Shown: piece by piece, positions 45,263 through 55,465 of the stretch
How positions within the stretch are numbered: position 1 is the first letter of the stretch
Layout: every line of letters starts with the position of its first letter
Virus record (IMG/VR): IMGVR_UViG_3300027749_000096
Location: 1 to 64,000 of that record
Strand: one strand, 5' to 3'
Length of the DNA: 64,000 nt
Source: a virus
The notes under the pieces: model-generated
Database searches by the model: none
Told to the model about the DNA's origin: nothing
The model's input: only the letters and a program-made list of their open reading frames with translations
Made by a program: the position numbers and the translations under genes

Positions 45263-46804
45263 ATGCAAAACTTAAAAAATAAGTATATAGAAATTTCTTC
45301 AGAGGAAGAAATGCAGAAAGCCTCTAATTGGCTTACATTATTAGGATATAAAAATGAATATTCAAATCCACAAATAAATAAAGAGACTTTTGTATATTTA
45401 TTTATAGGAATAGGTAAAAATTTTCATTTTAATGATACTTCTGAAAAAAGTTCTCATTGGAAACCATTCTCTCTATTATATGAGGAAGGAATGCCTTGGG
45501 ATAAGGAAGAAGATTTATTATCTAAAGCTAAAAGACTCTATCCTATAGGTACACAATATAAATGTGCTACTGGAGGTTATGAGGTATATACAGTGGAAAG
45601 TATGGATTGGGCTCCTTCTCCAGCCGATACTGTGTATGGAGAAGATGGTAAAGGATGTATATATAAACATGGTAAATGGGCAGAGATTGTAGATGAAATT
45701 AAACTTATAGAGAAATGGAGTGCTAGTACTTATGTAGTTTTCTTTAACAATTCAACTCTTCATGGAGTTAAATTAGGCACTATAGATAAAATTAAATATA
45801 ATTTAGATAGCTCTAAAGATTCTTTCTTTGTGGATTATGGATGTTGTTCTAGAAGTAGATTAGATGTAGATGTTAAATGGTTTGCTACATTAGAAGAAGC
45901 AAAGAAGTTTGCAGCTACAATTAAACAATCTGTAGAAAAGAAAGAATTTATTCCTGATGATAATCTTTCTAGTTATATAGGTAGATATTTAGAAGCTTTA
46001 GTAGATCTTCCAAATGGAGGAAAAGTTAAAAAAGGAGAATATGGTTTAATTATAAATCATTCCCAAGCAAACTTTCCTTCTCATGTAGGTTATTGTTGTT
46101 CTGAAGCTTTAAAAAAGAATAATTTAAATATAAGATATAGACTTATGCCTGAAGGATTTACACCACTTGTTAAAGAAGAAGAATGGAAACCACAAGTAGG
46201 AGATTGGGTAGTTACAGATAATTTATCTAATGGAAGGGGTGGAATGTATTATGGAAATTTAGGACAAGTGTGGCAAATAGGAAGTATTAATGATGATTGG
46301 TATAAACCTATTGAAAGTATGAAATTTACAGGAGGTTCTTTAAAGTTACACAATTTAAGAAAAGTTATTCTAGCAGAAATAAATTCTGTAAGTTATATAG
46401 GTAAAAAAGAAGAACTATTAGAACAAGCTAAGAAGAAATATCCTGTAGGAACAAGATATAAATCTGCTAGCTATAGTGAAACAGAATATGTTGTTGAGAA
46501 ACAGACATTTGAATACACTAGTGATGGTGATATACATGGTGAAGATGGTAAAGGTATTTTATATAGAAAGGGTAAGTGGGCAGAGATTATAGAACCACCT
46601 AAAGCAGAGGTTCTTACATCAAATCAAACCACTTATCAACCAATAGTAACATCCTATTCATATAATGGGGTTAAAGCAACATTAGAAAACATGTATCCAG
46701 ATTTTAAATCAACAGAAACACATCAATCAATCAATATAGCAGGTAAACAATTCTCACCTATTAAAGCAGAATTAATCAAAGTAAAACAATTAAAAATTAA
46801 TTAA
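45263..46804 (+). CDS. multi-repeat hypothetical protein (SH3-like modules)
   Basis: Two copies of LL..AK..YP.GT.YK...GEDGKG..Y..GKWAEI; also WKPQVGDWVV. Confidence 0.75.
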   Translation: MQNLKNKYIEISSEEEMQKASNWLTLLGYKNEYSNPQINKETFVYLFIGIGKNFHFNDTSEKSSHWKPFSLLYEEGMPWDKEEDLLSKAKRLYPIGTQYKCATGGYEVYTVESMDWAPSPADTVYGEDGKGCIYKHGKWAEIVDEIKLIEKWSASTYVVFFNNSTLHGVKLGTIDKIKYNLDSSKDSFFVDYGCCSRSRLDVDVKWFATLEEAKKFAATIKQSVEKKEFIPDDNLSSYIGRYLEALVDLPNGGKVKKGEYGLIINHSQANFPSHVGYCCSEALKKNNLNIRYRLMPEGFTPLVKEEEWKPQVGDWVVTDNLSNGRGGMYYGNLGQVWQIGSINDDWYKPIESMKFTGGSLKLHNLRKVILAEINSVSYIGKKEELLEQAKKKYPVGTRYKSASYSETEYVVEKQTFEYTSDGDIHGEDGKGILYRKGKWAEIIEPPKAEVLTSNQTTYQPIVTSYSYNGVKATLENMYPDFKSTETHQSINIAGKQFSPIKAELIKVKQLKIN

Positions 46805-46818
46805 AAAAAACAATTAAC

Positions 46819-47244
46819 ATGGTAAATTTAACTATTACACAAAGAGTATTAGCATTTTTAGGATTAACAGCTGAAGACCGTATAAATGGGTTTTATTTAA
46901 AGCAGCAATCTCAGTTGAACAAAGACATCAAGAATTTAAATAAAAATCTTGATACAATATCTGACAACCATGAAGAAGCATTAGAAGATTTACAGGAAAA
47001 ATTAGATGATGCTAAGATTAGAGTGGAAGAAGCTTATCAAGGAGTAACACCTGAAGATGTAGCTACAAATGAGAAAGCAGCTAGTTTTGCTGATAAGTAT
47101 TGGTATACTGTAGAACAAGCTGAATATGTTGTAGCTAGTATAGAAAAACAAATAGAAAAAGCTAAAGAACAATATACAGCTACTATAGAGTCTGTTCAAA
47201 AACAAATTACTGAAAGACAAAGAAGACTTGCTAAATTAGCATAA
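46819..47244 (+). CDS. coiled-coil hypothetical protein
   Basis: 141-aa ORF. Confidence 0.7.
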   Translation: MVNLTITQRVLAFLGLTAEDRINGFYLKQQSQLNKDIKNLNKNLDTISDNHEEALEDLQEKLDDAKIRVEEAYQGVTPEDVATNEKAASFADKYWYTVEQAEYVVASIEKQIEKAKEQYTATIESVQKQITERQRRLAKLA

Positions 47245-47263
47245 TTTTTTAATTGATGTGTGT

Positions 47264-47297
47264 AAAGGGAGTGTATGAAATACTACACTCCTTTTTT
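47264..47297 (+). terminator. Rho-independent terminator
   Basis: AAAGGGAGTGTA...TACACTCCTTTTTTT. Confidence 0.8.
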
Positions 47298-47310
47298 ATA
47301 AATTTATTTT

Positions 47311-47508
47311 ATGAGTAAACAACAAACAGCAGTAGAATGGTTAATAGAACAATATGTTAATGAAAATTATGGCAACGAAGTAGGAGAACAAGCTAAAGAA
47401 ATGGAAAAGCAGCAGATAATTGATGCTTATGATAGAGCCAAGTTTTATGACTATTTGATTGGATATGGTAAAAAATATTATAATGAAACTTTTAATAAAC
47501 AAAAATGA
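47311..47508 (+). CDS. hypothetical protein
   Basis: QTAVEWL...QAKEMEKQQIIDAY..YYNETF family. Confidence 0.75.
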   Translation: MSKQQTAVEWLIEQYVNENYGNEVGEQAKEMEKQQIIDAYDRAKFYDYLIGYGKKYYNETFNKQK

Positions 47509-47521
47509 ATAAACTAACAAA

Positions 47522-47722
47522 ATGAGTTATATAAAATGCACGTCTTGTAAAAAACAAGTATTTAAGGACTATTCAAATCCCAATATACATTATTCATCAA
47601 AAGAAAATGATACTAAGAATTTTAAGTGTAGCTGGTGTGAAAATTATGAATCTTTAAAAGTAGGGGATTGGTATCAAAATGAAAAAGGTGAGTATCATCA
47701 AAAGAAAAAAAGTAAACAATGA
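47522..47722 (+). CDS. small Zn-ribbon protein
   Basis: CTSC...CSWC. Confidence 0.65.
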   Translation: MSYIKCTSCKKQVFKDYSNPNIHYSSKENDTKNFKCSWCENYESLKVGDWYQNEKGEYHQKKKSKQ

Positions 47723-47821
47723 ATAAACTATTACTAGCAATATTAGTTTGGGAAACAACTAAATACTTTGCAAAAAAGATTTGGTATTATTTACATAATA
47801 AATTTTAAAACTGAAACAATT

Positions 47822-48145
47822 ATGATACAACCTAAAATACAAGAAGTATATATAGAATTTACAGACTCAGTATTTAATGAAGAATACGATGGATTTACAT
47901 TATGTAATTCTAATGGAAAATATATTCAAGATTTAGTTGAAATGAATTGCTATTGTTTCACACCAGAAGAATTTGAAACATTTAAAAGAGAATTTGGTAA
48001 AGGGTTATTAGAGAAAGCAGCAGATTCAGCTTATATTGATAATAATCATCAACAAGGAGATTATTGGGATTCAGATGATTTTGAAGTAAACAAAGAATCA
48101 ATTACTGAAGTATTAGATGATTATTTACTAAATAATAAAATATAG
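47822..48145 (+). CDS. hypothetical protein
   Basis: ORF track 47768..48145; likely start MIQPKIQ. Confidence 0.65.
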   Translation: MIQPKIQEVYIEFTDSVFNEEYDGFTLCNSNGKYIQDLVEMNCYCFTPEEFETFKREFGKGLLEKAADSAYIDNNHQQGDYWDSDDFEVNKESITEVLDDYLLNNKI

Positions 48146-48149
48146 AATT

Positions 48150-48455
48150 ATGAAAATAACAGCAACATTATTTGAAAAGACATATCGTGGAGAGAGAGTT
48201 TCTATACCTATTTCTGATTTACCTCCAGAGTTATTAACACCTGAGAATAATATAATGATAAATGTTGAAAGAGGAGAATTTGGTAATAGTGGTTGGGATG
48301 AAGGAGAAACTTCTGTAGTTATAACTCATTATAGAGAACAAACAGAAGAAGAGAAGAAACAATTTAAACTTCATTTGGAAGCATTAAAAGCTAAACGTAC
48401 AGAAGAAAGATATACAGAGTATCTAAAACTTAAAAAAGAATTTGAAACAAATTAA
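48150..48455 (+). CDS. hypothetical protein
   Basis: 101 aa; EYLKLKKEFE tail. Confidence 0.7.
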   Translation: MKITATLFEKTYRGERVSIPISDLPPELLTPENNIMINVERGEFGNSGWDEGETSVVITHYREQTEEEKKQFKLHLEALKAKRTEERYTEYLKLKKEFETN

Positions 48456-48461
48456 TTATTT

Positions 48462-48701
48462 ATGACAGTAGAACAATTTAACGAAAAATATAAAGACTAT
48501 TTAGAGAAAGGTCATTATGGATTATCCGTTGATGGTGATGAATTTATTGAGTGGTTAGACGGACAATTTGAAAAGTTTATTACATATCCAGGATTTAAGT
48601 TTACACAAATAAAAGAAAAATTTGGAATGGGTAGATTTTATTGTGATGGATTACCAGGTGAATTAATTGATGAAGTGGAAGATAAAATAAGTAAATTATG
48701 A
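48462..48701 (+). CDS. hypothetical phage protein
   Basis: QIKEKFG..RFY motif widespread in phages. Confidence 0.7.
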   Translation: MTVEQFNEKYKDYLEKGHYGLSVDGDEFIEWLDGQFEKFITYPGFKFTQIKEKFGMGRFYCDGLPGELIDEVEDKISKL

Positions 48702-49060
48702 AAATTAGAATAAACAATCTTGAATTTAAAAGATACACATCTACTAAAAAAGATAAACCATTATATGAAATAGTAAAATGGTATACAAATATTTATTTTG
48801 GTAAAGAAGAAGAATACAGAAAAGATGGGTATGTAGATAGTTTTGGTGATAATTTTTTACAGAAAGGAGAAAGTAGTATTTCAAAGGGTTCTTTTATCTT
48901 ACCAGAAACTTGTATTGTTATTGCTTTTATAGAAAAGGGCAGTGAAGACTGGGAATTAAGAAGTGTTGGAGAAAGACTATTAGAACTAACACCTGAAGAA
49001 TGGGAAGACTTTCATCAAGTGTATACAATAGGACAATCTAAACTGAATAAAAGTATTTAA
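48698..49060 (+). CDS. hypothetical protein
   Basis: 120-aa ORF. Confidence 0.7.
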   Translation: MKIRINNLEFKRYTSTKKDKPLYEIVKWYTNIYFGKEEEYRKDGYVDSFGDNFLQKGESSISKGSFILPETCIVIAFIEKGSEDWELRSVGERLLELTPEEWEDFHQVYTIGQSKLNKSI

Positions 49061-49068
49061 AAATAGTG

Positions 49069-49220
49069 AACCCAGATGTTTTCATTTTACCTTGTACCCT
49101 TGCCTCATGGTTGGTTTAGACATAGTTCATCTGCATATATTGAAACTATCAACTGGGTTTTTTGAATCTAAATATAAGGTGATCAGGGGGGTCTAGCTGT
49201 ACCAGAACAGCTATTTTTTT
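49069..49220 (+). ncRNA. structured intergenic element E / tandem terminators
   Basis: AACCCAG..GTTTTCA / TGAAAC..CTGGGTT plus T-run, then TAGCTGT/ACAGCTA plus T7. Confidence 0.4.
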
Positions 49221-49232
49221 AAACATTTTAAA

Positions 49233-49562
49233 ATGAACAAAAAAGATATTGATATAGATATAGTAAAACAATTTGTAGATAATGATACTTTAGTTAAAAT
49301 GGCAACTCTTCAAGCAGAAAAAAAAGCTAAAGAGTTTAAGTATCTATTAAATGTTATTAAAGATAAAAAATATCATGATAAGTTATACGGTCAGTTAAAA
49401 GGTACTATTGGATATGATGGTAAAACTAAACTTTGGGTTAACCAATATATAGGTAGAATAAACAAAGATACAGTTGTAGATAAATCTGCAATATGTTTAA
49501 AGTATTCTTCTATTATGAGAAATAAAGCTAAAGATGCTATATTAAAAGAACTTTTAAAATGA
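49233..49562 (+). CDS. hypothetical protein
   Basis: 109-aa ORF. Confidence 0.65.
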   Translation: MNKKDIDIDIVKQFVDNDTLVKMATLQAEKKAKEFKYLLNVIKDKKYHDKLYGQLKGTIGYDGKTKLWVNQYIGRINKDTVVDKSAICLKYSSIMRNKAKDAILKELLK

Positions 49563-50680
49563 ATAAGAGAGAACAAATTCAAGCTGATGCTTTAAAAATA
49601 GCATTAGATAATAGAAGATCAAGTGCTGCAGTTAGCATGGGGGTTGGTAAAACTCTTATAGGACTAAAGTATATTGATCATTTACAGAAAGCAAATATGA
49701 ATAAGCTTAATGTGTTAGTAGTAGCACCTAAACTTAGTATATTTAAATCTTGGAAGGATGATGCTTTGAAGTTTAACATGGATATACTAGGATTAGAGTT
49801 TACAACCTATCTCTCTTTAAATAAGTTTGATCCAAATAAATATGATGTTCTTGTTCTAGATGAAGCCCACTCTTTATTAAATTCACATATAGGATTTTTA
49901 GGTCACTACAATGGTAGAATACTAGGACTCACTGGTACACCCCCAAGATATGCTGATTCTGAAAAAGGACTAATGATGAATACATTTTGTCCTGTAAAGT
50001 TTAAATACATCACTGATGATGCTGTAGATGATGACATTCTTAATGATTATAGAATTATAGTGCACAAGATGAGGCTTTCTAGTAGTAATACTATAAAGGT
50101 GACTCTTAAAAGTAATAAAGAATTTTATACATCAGAAACTAAAAACTATAATTATTGGACAGAAAGAGTGTATGAAGCTAATGGACCTAAACAAAAACAG
50201 ATAGCTTCTATAATGAGAATGAAAGCTTTAATGGATTTTCAAACCAAAGAGAATTATGCTAATAAGTTATTTAAGGATATGGATCAGAAATGTATTCTAT
50301 TCTGTAATACACAAGCCCAGGCTGATAGAATGTGTACTCATTCAGTTCATTCTAACAATGTAGATTCTGATGAAAATTTAGAATTATTTAAAGAAGGAAT
50401 GATTGAAAGACTATCTTGTGTCAATCAACTTAATGAAGGAGTTAATATACCAGAACTAAGAAGTGCTATTATTATGCATTCTTTTGGTAATGAACGTAAA
50501 GCCCAACAAAAGCTGGGTAGATTGTTAAGACTTAACCCAACAGAAATAGCTACAGCTCATATACTATGTTATAAAGACACTGTAGATGAACAATGGGTTA
50601 ATGAAGCTTTAAAAGATTTGGATGAAAATAAAATTAAATATTTTGACGTAGATGACTCAACATTTAAACGGAAAGTATAG
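49559..50680 (+). CDS. superfamily 2 (DEAH) helicase
   Basis: MGVGKT, LDEAH, GLTGT, EGVNIP and QKLGRLLR motifs. Confidence 0.9.
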   Translation: MNKREQIQADALKIALDNRRSSAAVSMGVGKTLIGLKYIDHLQKANMNKLNVLVVAPKLSIFKSWKDDALKFNMDILGLEFTTYLSLNKFDPNKYDVLVLDEAHSLLNSHIGFLGHYNGRILGLTGTPPRYADSEKGLMMNTFCPVKFKYITDDAVDDDILNDYRIIVHKMRLSSSNTIKVTLKSNKEFYTSETKNYNYWTERVYEANGPKQKQIASIMRMKALMDFQTKENYANKLFKDMDQKCILFCNTQAQADRMCTHSVHSNNVDSDENLELFKEGMIERLSCVNQLNEGVNIPELRSAIIMHSFGNERKAQQKLGRLLRLNPTEIATAHILCYKDTVDEQWVNEALKDLDENKIKYFDVDDSTFKRKV

Positions 50681-51044
50681 AAAAGTAAATGGAATACTAG
50701 AACCTACTAGTTTAGGAATGAAGAAACAATATGAATTGTTTGTTTCTAGTTTAAAAGATGGAGCCATTATAGAATTCTTCTATGAAGAACAACATGATGA
50801 TGGAACACTTCCACAATTAGCTAAGATACATGTTATGATTAAACATCTATCTATGCATATAGGAGAATCAGTAGAAAATATGAAGTTGTTAGTTAAAGAC
50901 AGAGCTGGGCTTTGTATAGCTAGAGAAGTATCTGGTAAAGAATACTTTCTAGCTAAAAGTTTTGCAGATTGTTCTAGAGAAGAACTAGCTTTAGCTATAC
51001 AAGCAGCTACAGAAATAGGAGAACAAGTTGGTTTCATCTTTTAA
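50652..51044 (+). CDS. hypothetical protein (NinB/Orf-like?)
   Basis: QLAKIH..I..L...G....MK...KSFADCSREEL pattern. Confidence 0.5.
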   Translation: MTQHLNGKYRKVNGILEPTSLGMKKQYELFVSSLKDGAIIEFFYEEQHDDGTLPQLAKIHVMIKHLSMHIGESVENMKLLVKDRAGLCIAREVSGKEYFLAKSFADCSREELALAIQAATEIGEQVGFIF

Positions 51045-51774
51045 TATTAATACTGTGACAGAACAAGTAAATCTTGAAGAAATAAAAATCAAACTTATAG
51101 AAAAGCTTAAACCATCTGGTTGGGCTGTTAAATTAAAAGGATTTGTACAAAGCTCAGACTTTGACAAAGTGTTAGAAACATTACATAATCTAAGAGAAGA
51201 TGGTAAAAGATTCACTCCTCCTCTTAAACTTGTATTTAGAGCATTTGAAGAATGTCCTGTAGATAAATTAAAGATTGTAATGATAGGGATGGATCCATAT
51301 CCATATTTATCAGTGGCTGATGGGATTGCATTTAGTTGTAGTTTGACAGACAAGGTACAACCAAGTCTAAAGAACATATTTGCTTCTATAAACAGTACAG
51401 TGTACCCAGATCAAAGTGTAGAACATGACCCAGATCTTAAAAGATGGTCTAACCAAGGAGTGTTATTATTAAACTCAGCTTTAACATGTCAAGTGGATAA
51501 AATAGGAAGTCATTTCAATGTATGGAAAGACTTTATAGCTTACACATTAGATACACTAAATTACACTAACAGTGGACTTGTGTTTGTTCTAATGGGTAAA
51601 CAAGCCCAAGATTTAGAATCATTAATTAATGAGGAAAAACATCACATAATTAAAGTGAGCCATCCAGCTTCTGCAGCTTATACTAAAACTATATGGGATT
51701 GTCAAGACTTATTTAATAAATGTAATTCTATTATAGAAGGACAGAATGGAAAAGACTTTAAAATAGTATGGTAG
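51028..51774 (+). CDS. ung: uracil-DNA glycosylase (family 1)
   Basis: GMDPY, GIAFS, PSLKNI, QGVLLLN and HPAS motifs; the start may be the GTG near 51055. Confidence 0.92.
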   Translation: MVSSFNINTVTEQVNLEEIKIKLIEKLKPSGWAVKLKGFVQSSDFDKVLETLHNLREDGKRFTPPLKLVFRAFEECPVDKLKIVMIGMDPYPYLSVADGIAFSCSLTDKVQPSLKNIFASINSTVYPDQSVEHDPDLKRWSNQGVLLLNSALTCQVDKIGSHFNVWKDFIAYTLDTLNYTNSGLVFVLMGKQAQDLESLINEEKHHIIKVSHPASAAYTKTIWDCQDLFNKCNSIIEGQNGKDFKIVW

Positions 51775-51775
51775 T

Positions 51776-51937
51776 ATGGAACATTTAGAATTTAACAAAG
51801 AAAAATTTATAGATTTTAAGAAAGAATATAAAAAGGCTGTAGATAATGAAGAGCCGTCTTTTATATTCCAAAATAAAGAAATAGTAACAGGATATGCAAA
51901 ATATCTTATTGAGTATTTAGAAACACAAATTAATTAA
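51776..51937 (+). CDS. small hypothetical protein (53 aa)
   Basis: Manually read: MEHLEFNKEKFIDFKKEYKKAV...YAKYLIEYLE. Confidence 0.7.
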   Translation: MEHLEFNKEKFIDFKKEYKKAVDNEEPSFIFQNKEIVTGYAKYLIEYLETQIN

Positions 51938-51954
51938 TTAAAAAACACAACAAA

Positions 51955-52293
51955 ATGGCAATCAACAAAGTAGACTTAACAGTTAGTCAATTATTAAATG
52001 ACCTTAATGAAGGGTATACATGGCTTAAGAAAGATGATTTAGGGTATGGTAGTATAGAAATGAAGTATGGTGCTAATCCAGTGCAGATAGCAACAATTAG
52101 AAAACACCCAGCTCTTAAAGATGCTGAAACAACTTTAACTGTGTTTAATATTATAGATGATACAGCTAAACAAGATGTAAAAGTAACTCCTAAAGTTAAT
52201 AAAACAATAGAGAGAATAGAAAAAGTAGAAGAACAACAGCCTGAATTAGTTGTAGAAACATCTAATGCTGTAGATCTTTTCTCAAACCTTTAA
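51955..52293 (+). CDS. hypothetical protein
   Basis: 112-aa ORF. Confidence 0.7.
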   Translation: MAINKVDLTVSQLLNDLNEGYTWLKKDDLGYGSIEMKYGANPVQIATIRKHPALKDAETTLTVFNIIDDTAKQDVKVTPKVNKTIERIEKVEEQQPELVVETSNAVDLFSNL

Positions 52294-52298
52294 TAAAT

Positions 52299-53756
52299 AT
52301 GATGAGTACTAATAATACAAAATATGTTAGACCATCTAACTTAGTATATAAATTTAATGTAGGAGATAAAGTGAAAGTGATCTATCCTGGTTCAGGATGT
52401 GGAGATTATGATATAGGAAAAGAAGTTAGAATAGTAAGAAAAGGTAAATATGCAGATGATCCTGCTTATGAAGTGTCTCCAGCTATAGGAAATAGTAAAA
52501 CAGGAAGTTTTGATAAAATGATAGGAGAGAAGGCTTTTGTACTAGTAGAATCAGTACAAGATTTACTTGATAGAACAAAAAATTTAAATTTAAACACACA
52601 CACAAAGTCAATTAAAATGGCAAAAATTAGAACAAAATCAATTACAAAGAAAGTTACTCAAGAAGTAAGAACAATTGAAACATCCTTAATTAATAAGGAA
52701 GAAGTATTTAAAATGTTAGCATTAGCAGAAGCTACAGGGCTTCCATGTTTATTAATTGGTGAACCAGGTACAGGTAAAACCAAAACTGTTATAGATTATG
52801 CTAAAGCATGGTTGAATAAAGATGGTAATATGACAGCAGAAGACTTTATGAGTAAAATCTATATTCTAGAAACTGATGAAGGTACTAAATCAAGTGAGGT
52901 GAAGGGTATTCCTGATCTTCAAGAGTTGTTTACAAATAACAACTATAAACTTAACACCCCAATTGCTGAAGCAGAAATTGTAATCATCAATGAGGTGGAT
53001 AAAGCTAGTAGTGGTATCAGAAATGCTATGTTGGGTGTGATGAATGAGAAGTTCTTATTTAATGGTAAACATAAAATACCTTGTAAATGGAAGTTATTTA
53101 TTGCTACATGTAATGAAATACCTAAAGATGAACAAGATAGTCCATTCTGGGATAGATTTATGTTAAAGACTAATGTAAATAGAGTATCTGCAGGTGATAT
53201 TAGTAAGTATTATTCTAAAGGAGATAGAAACTACAGAGAAAGTTTTAAAATGGGTATTCCAAATAAAGCTGAACTAGACACTGTAGATGTACCAGTTAAG
53301 AAATTAGATAAATATCTAGAAGTGGGTTATCAACACAGTAGTGATAGAACTTTGACTTTTGTACCTAAATTAGCAAAAGCTGTTAGTTATATCTGGGATA
53401 TTAGTATTGATAAAGCTCTTGTAAAAACTGCTCAAATTATGATTGGTCAATCTGCAGGTAGTGAATTACAAAATAAACTAATGTCTGCTGAGGTTAAAGC
53501 TGTTATGAGTAAGGTGGAAATGCTTCAATCATTTACAACTAATGAACAACTAGAACAAGCTGTAGTTGAAATTGAGAGCTTAATTAATGTTTATGCTACT
53601 AGAGATTCTATTGATGAAGATCAAGTACAAGAAATAGAAAGGTCTATGCATTATATTTTAAGTAATCATTCTGCACGTAAAGATGATTATCAAACAGCTG
53701 AAGCATTTGATAGTATGCTAGAAGGAGAAGAAGAAACTACTAAAATCCCTTTTTAG
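52299..53756 (+). CDS. MoxR/RavA-like AAA+ ATPase (N-terminal SH3-like extension; probable second start at 52617)
   Basis: GEPGTGKT, IINEVDKA, NE.P and FWDRF motifs; followed by a VWA gene. Confidence 0.85.
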   Translation: MMSTNNTKYVRPSNLVYKFNVGDKVKVIYPGSGCGDYDIGKEVRIVRKGKYADDPAYEVSPAIGNSKTGSFDKMIGEKAFVLVESVQDLLDRTKNLNLNTHTKSIKMAKIRTKSITKKVTQEVRTIETSLINKEEVFKMLALAEATGLPCLLIGEPGTGKTKTVIDYAKAWLNKDGNMTAEDFMSKIYILETDEGTKSSEVKGIPDLQELFTNNNYKLNTPIAEAEIVIINEVDKASSGIRNAMLGVMNEKFLFNGKHKIPCKWKLFIATCNEIPKDEQDSPFWDRFMLKTNVNRVSAGDISKYYSKGDRNYRESFKMGIPNKAELDTVDVPVKKLDKYLEVGYQHSSDRTLTFVPKLAKAVSYIWDISIDKALVKTAQIMIGQSAGSELQNKLMSAEVKAVMSKVEMLQSFTTNEQLEQAVVEIESLINVYATRDSIDEDQVQEIERSMHYILSNHSARKDDYQTAEAFDSMLEGEEETTKIPF

Positions 53757-53785
53757 GTAAAGGTCTTTGGCAAACAATGACAGAA

Positions 53786-53819
53786 CAGGGGAATACAATA
53801 ACTTATTCCCCTCTTTCTT
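53786..53819 (+). terminator. hairpin / possible terminator between the AAA and VWA genes
   Basis: AGGGGAATA...TATTCCCCT followed by a pyrimidine run. Confidence 0.5.
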
Positions 53820-53864
53820 ATTCTTATACAGCTAATGATCTTAAACACTTATTAAATAATATTT

Positions 53865-55373
53865 ATGGCAGCAGGTAGACAATATAAGAATGCATATACC
53901 ATTCTTGAAAAAGTAAAGAAAGGAGAGATAGACTCCTATTATAGAAATGAAGATAGTTTATTTAGTAAAATAAATTTCTACAAAAAACCAGATCTTATAA
54001 ATCCACATCTTCATTATATTGATGAAAGTAGACTTAAACGTATTGTAAGTGATCATATGGTTGACCAAAAAATAGTTACTAATATATATGAAAGTTTTCA
54101 CAAAGGAGTTGAGAATAAAAAATTACCTACAGATAAACAACCTGGGTTTGGTAGTTTTTATGAAAAGTTTCAAGAAAACTATACTAAGTTTCCAAAGCAT
54201 TTGAGTAATGATATATTTAAAATGTATTATAATCAAATGGAGAAACTTAATTTTGAAGATAGAGATGATACAAACACCACTAAGTTTAAAATCTTAGAAA
54301 AAGCTAATAATCCTGTTGGTAAGATAATGAGTGAGAACAGTAGTTTGAAGTCAGCTATTTTTACTAGAAATGTAGTTTCTTATTTTGTTGGAAGAATGAC
54401 TATAATGGATTTTATAGAACCTGAAACTTCTGAAGATTTTAAAAATGATATAAATGGAGATGGAGATTCAGGTGGAGGGGATGGTCTTCTAGATAAAATG
54501 ATGAATAGTAAACAAGCTAATAATGACTTTGATAAAACTATTCAAGATGCTCAAGACTTATGTAACAAAATGGATGGAGCTATGGATGAAGAAACCCAGC
54601 AGCAAATGTTTGATAATATTCTTAAAGGAGGAAATCAAGCTGGTAAAATAAGTCCTGAATATCTTAATAAAATGATAGCTAAGCTTGAAAACATCACTCT
54701 TTCTATGGATAGTGTTAAAAATCAAATTAAAAAACTTGTAGATAAATCTGTAAGTTATTTTAGTGCTAAGAAAATAACCATCTATGAAGATTTGTTTAAT
54801 AGTGATAATATAGCAGGACTAGATGAGTTTGAGTTATTACATCCTAAGATTAGAAAAATATTTGCTGAGGATTTACAGATTAAGAGTACTAAAAGTATTG
54901 GTAAAATAGATATTTATATTGATATTTCTGGTAGTATGAGTAGTAGATCTGGAACTATAAATAAAGATGGTAATCCTATAAACAAACTAGAGTTTTGTAA
55001 AGCATTTGCTGCTAAGCTTAAACAAATGGATATGTTGAATAACATTTATACTTTTAATACTAAAGTTAATAAGATTAAAAATAATATGTTATCCATATCT
55101 ATGATAGATGATGATGGAGGCACTGATATTGATACTGTAATTAAGAGTATAGAAGCTAATAATGAAAATGCTTTAGTATTAACTGATGCTGAAGACCGTT
55201 GTAATTTATATTCAGATAAAGCATATTTTATTGGTGTACAGGGTGCTAGATTTAGTTATTTTAAAGATGATGTTATTAAAGAATATTCTCAAAAAGACCA
55301 AGTTATAGTATTTGATGGTACTAAAATAAGTAAGGTGGATACTGAAGGTGAAATAGTTAAGGAAAACAAGTAG
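53865..55373 (+). CDS. VWA (MIDAS) domain protein, ViaA-like partner
   Basis: DISGSM, GGTD and LTDAE MIDAS motifs. Confidence 0.85.
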   Translation: MAAGRQYKNAYTILEKVKKGEIDSYYRNEDSLFSKINFYKKPDLINPHLHYIDESRLKRIVSDHMVDQKIVTNIYESFHKGVENKKLPTDKQPGFGSFYEKFQENYTKFPKHLSNDIFKMYYNQMEKLNFEDRDDTNTTKFKILEKANNPVGKIMSENSSLKSAIFTRNVVSYFVGRMTIMDFIEPETSEDFKNDINGDGDSGGGDGLLDKMMNSKQANNDFDKTIQDAQDLCNKMDGAMDEETQQQMFDNILKGGNQAGKISPEYLNKMIAKLENITLSMDSVKNQIKKLVDKSVSYFSAKKITIYEDLFNSDNIAGLDEFELLHPKIRKIFAEDLQIKSTKSIGKIDIYIDISGSMSSRSGTINKDGNPINKLEFCKAFAAKLKQMDMLNNIYTFNTKVNKIKNNMLSISMIDDDGGTDIDTVIKSIEANNENALVLTDAEDRCNLYSDKAYFIGVQGARFSYFKDDVIKEYSQKDQVIVFDGTKISKVDTEGEIVKENK

Positions 55374-55380
55374 AAAAAGT

Positions 55381-55411
55381 AAAGACCCTATAAACAATAG
55401 GGTCTTTTTTT
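55381..55411. terminator. bidirectional terminator at convergent genes
   Basis: AAAGACCCTAT-AAACA-ATAGGGTCTTTTTTT. Confidence 0.8.
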
Positions 55412-55465
55412 CTTTTATCCTGTAGCAGAGAGGGTTATTCTACAAGAGTGGTTGTATATAGAGGG

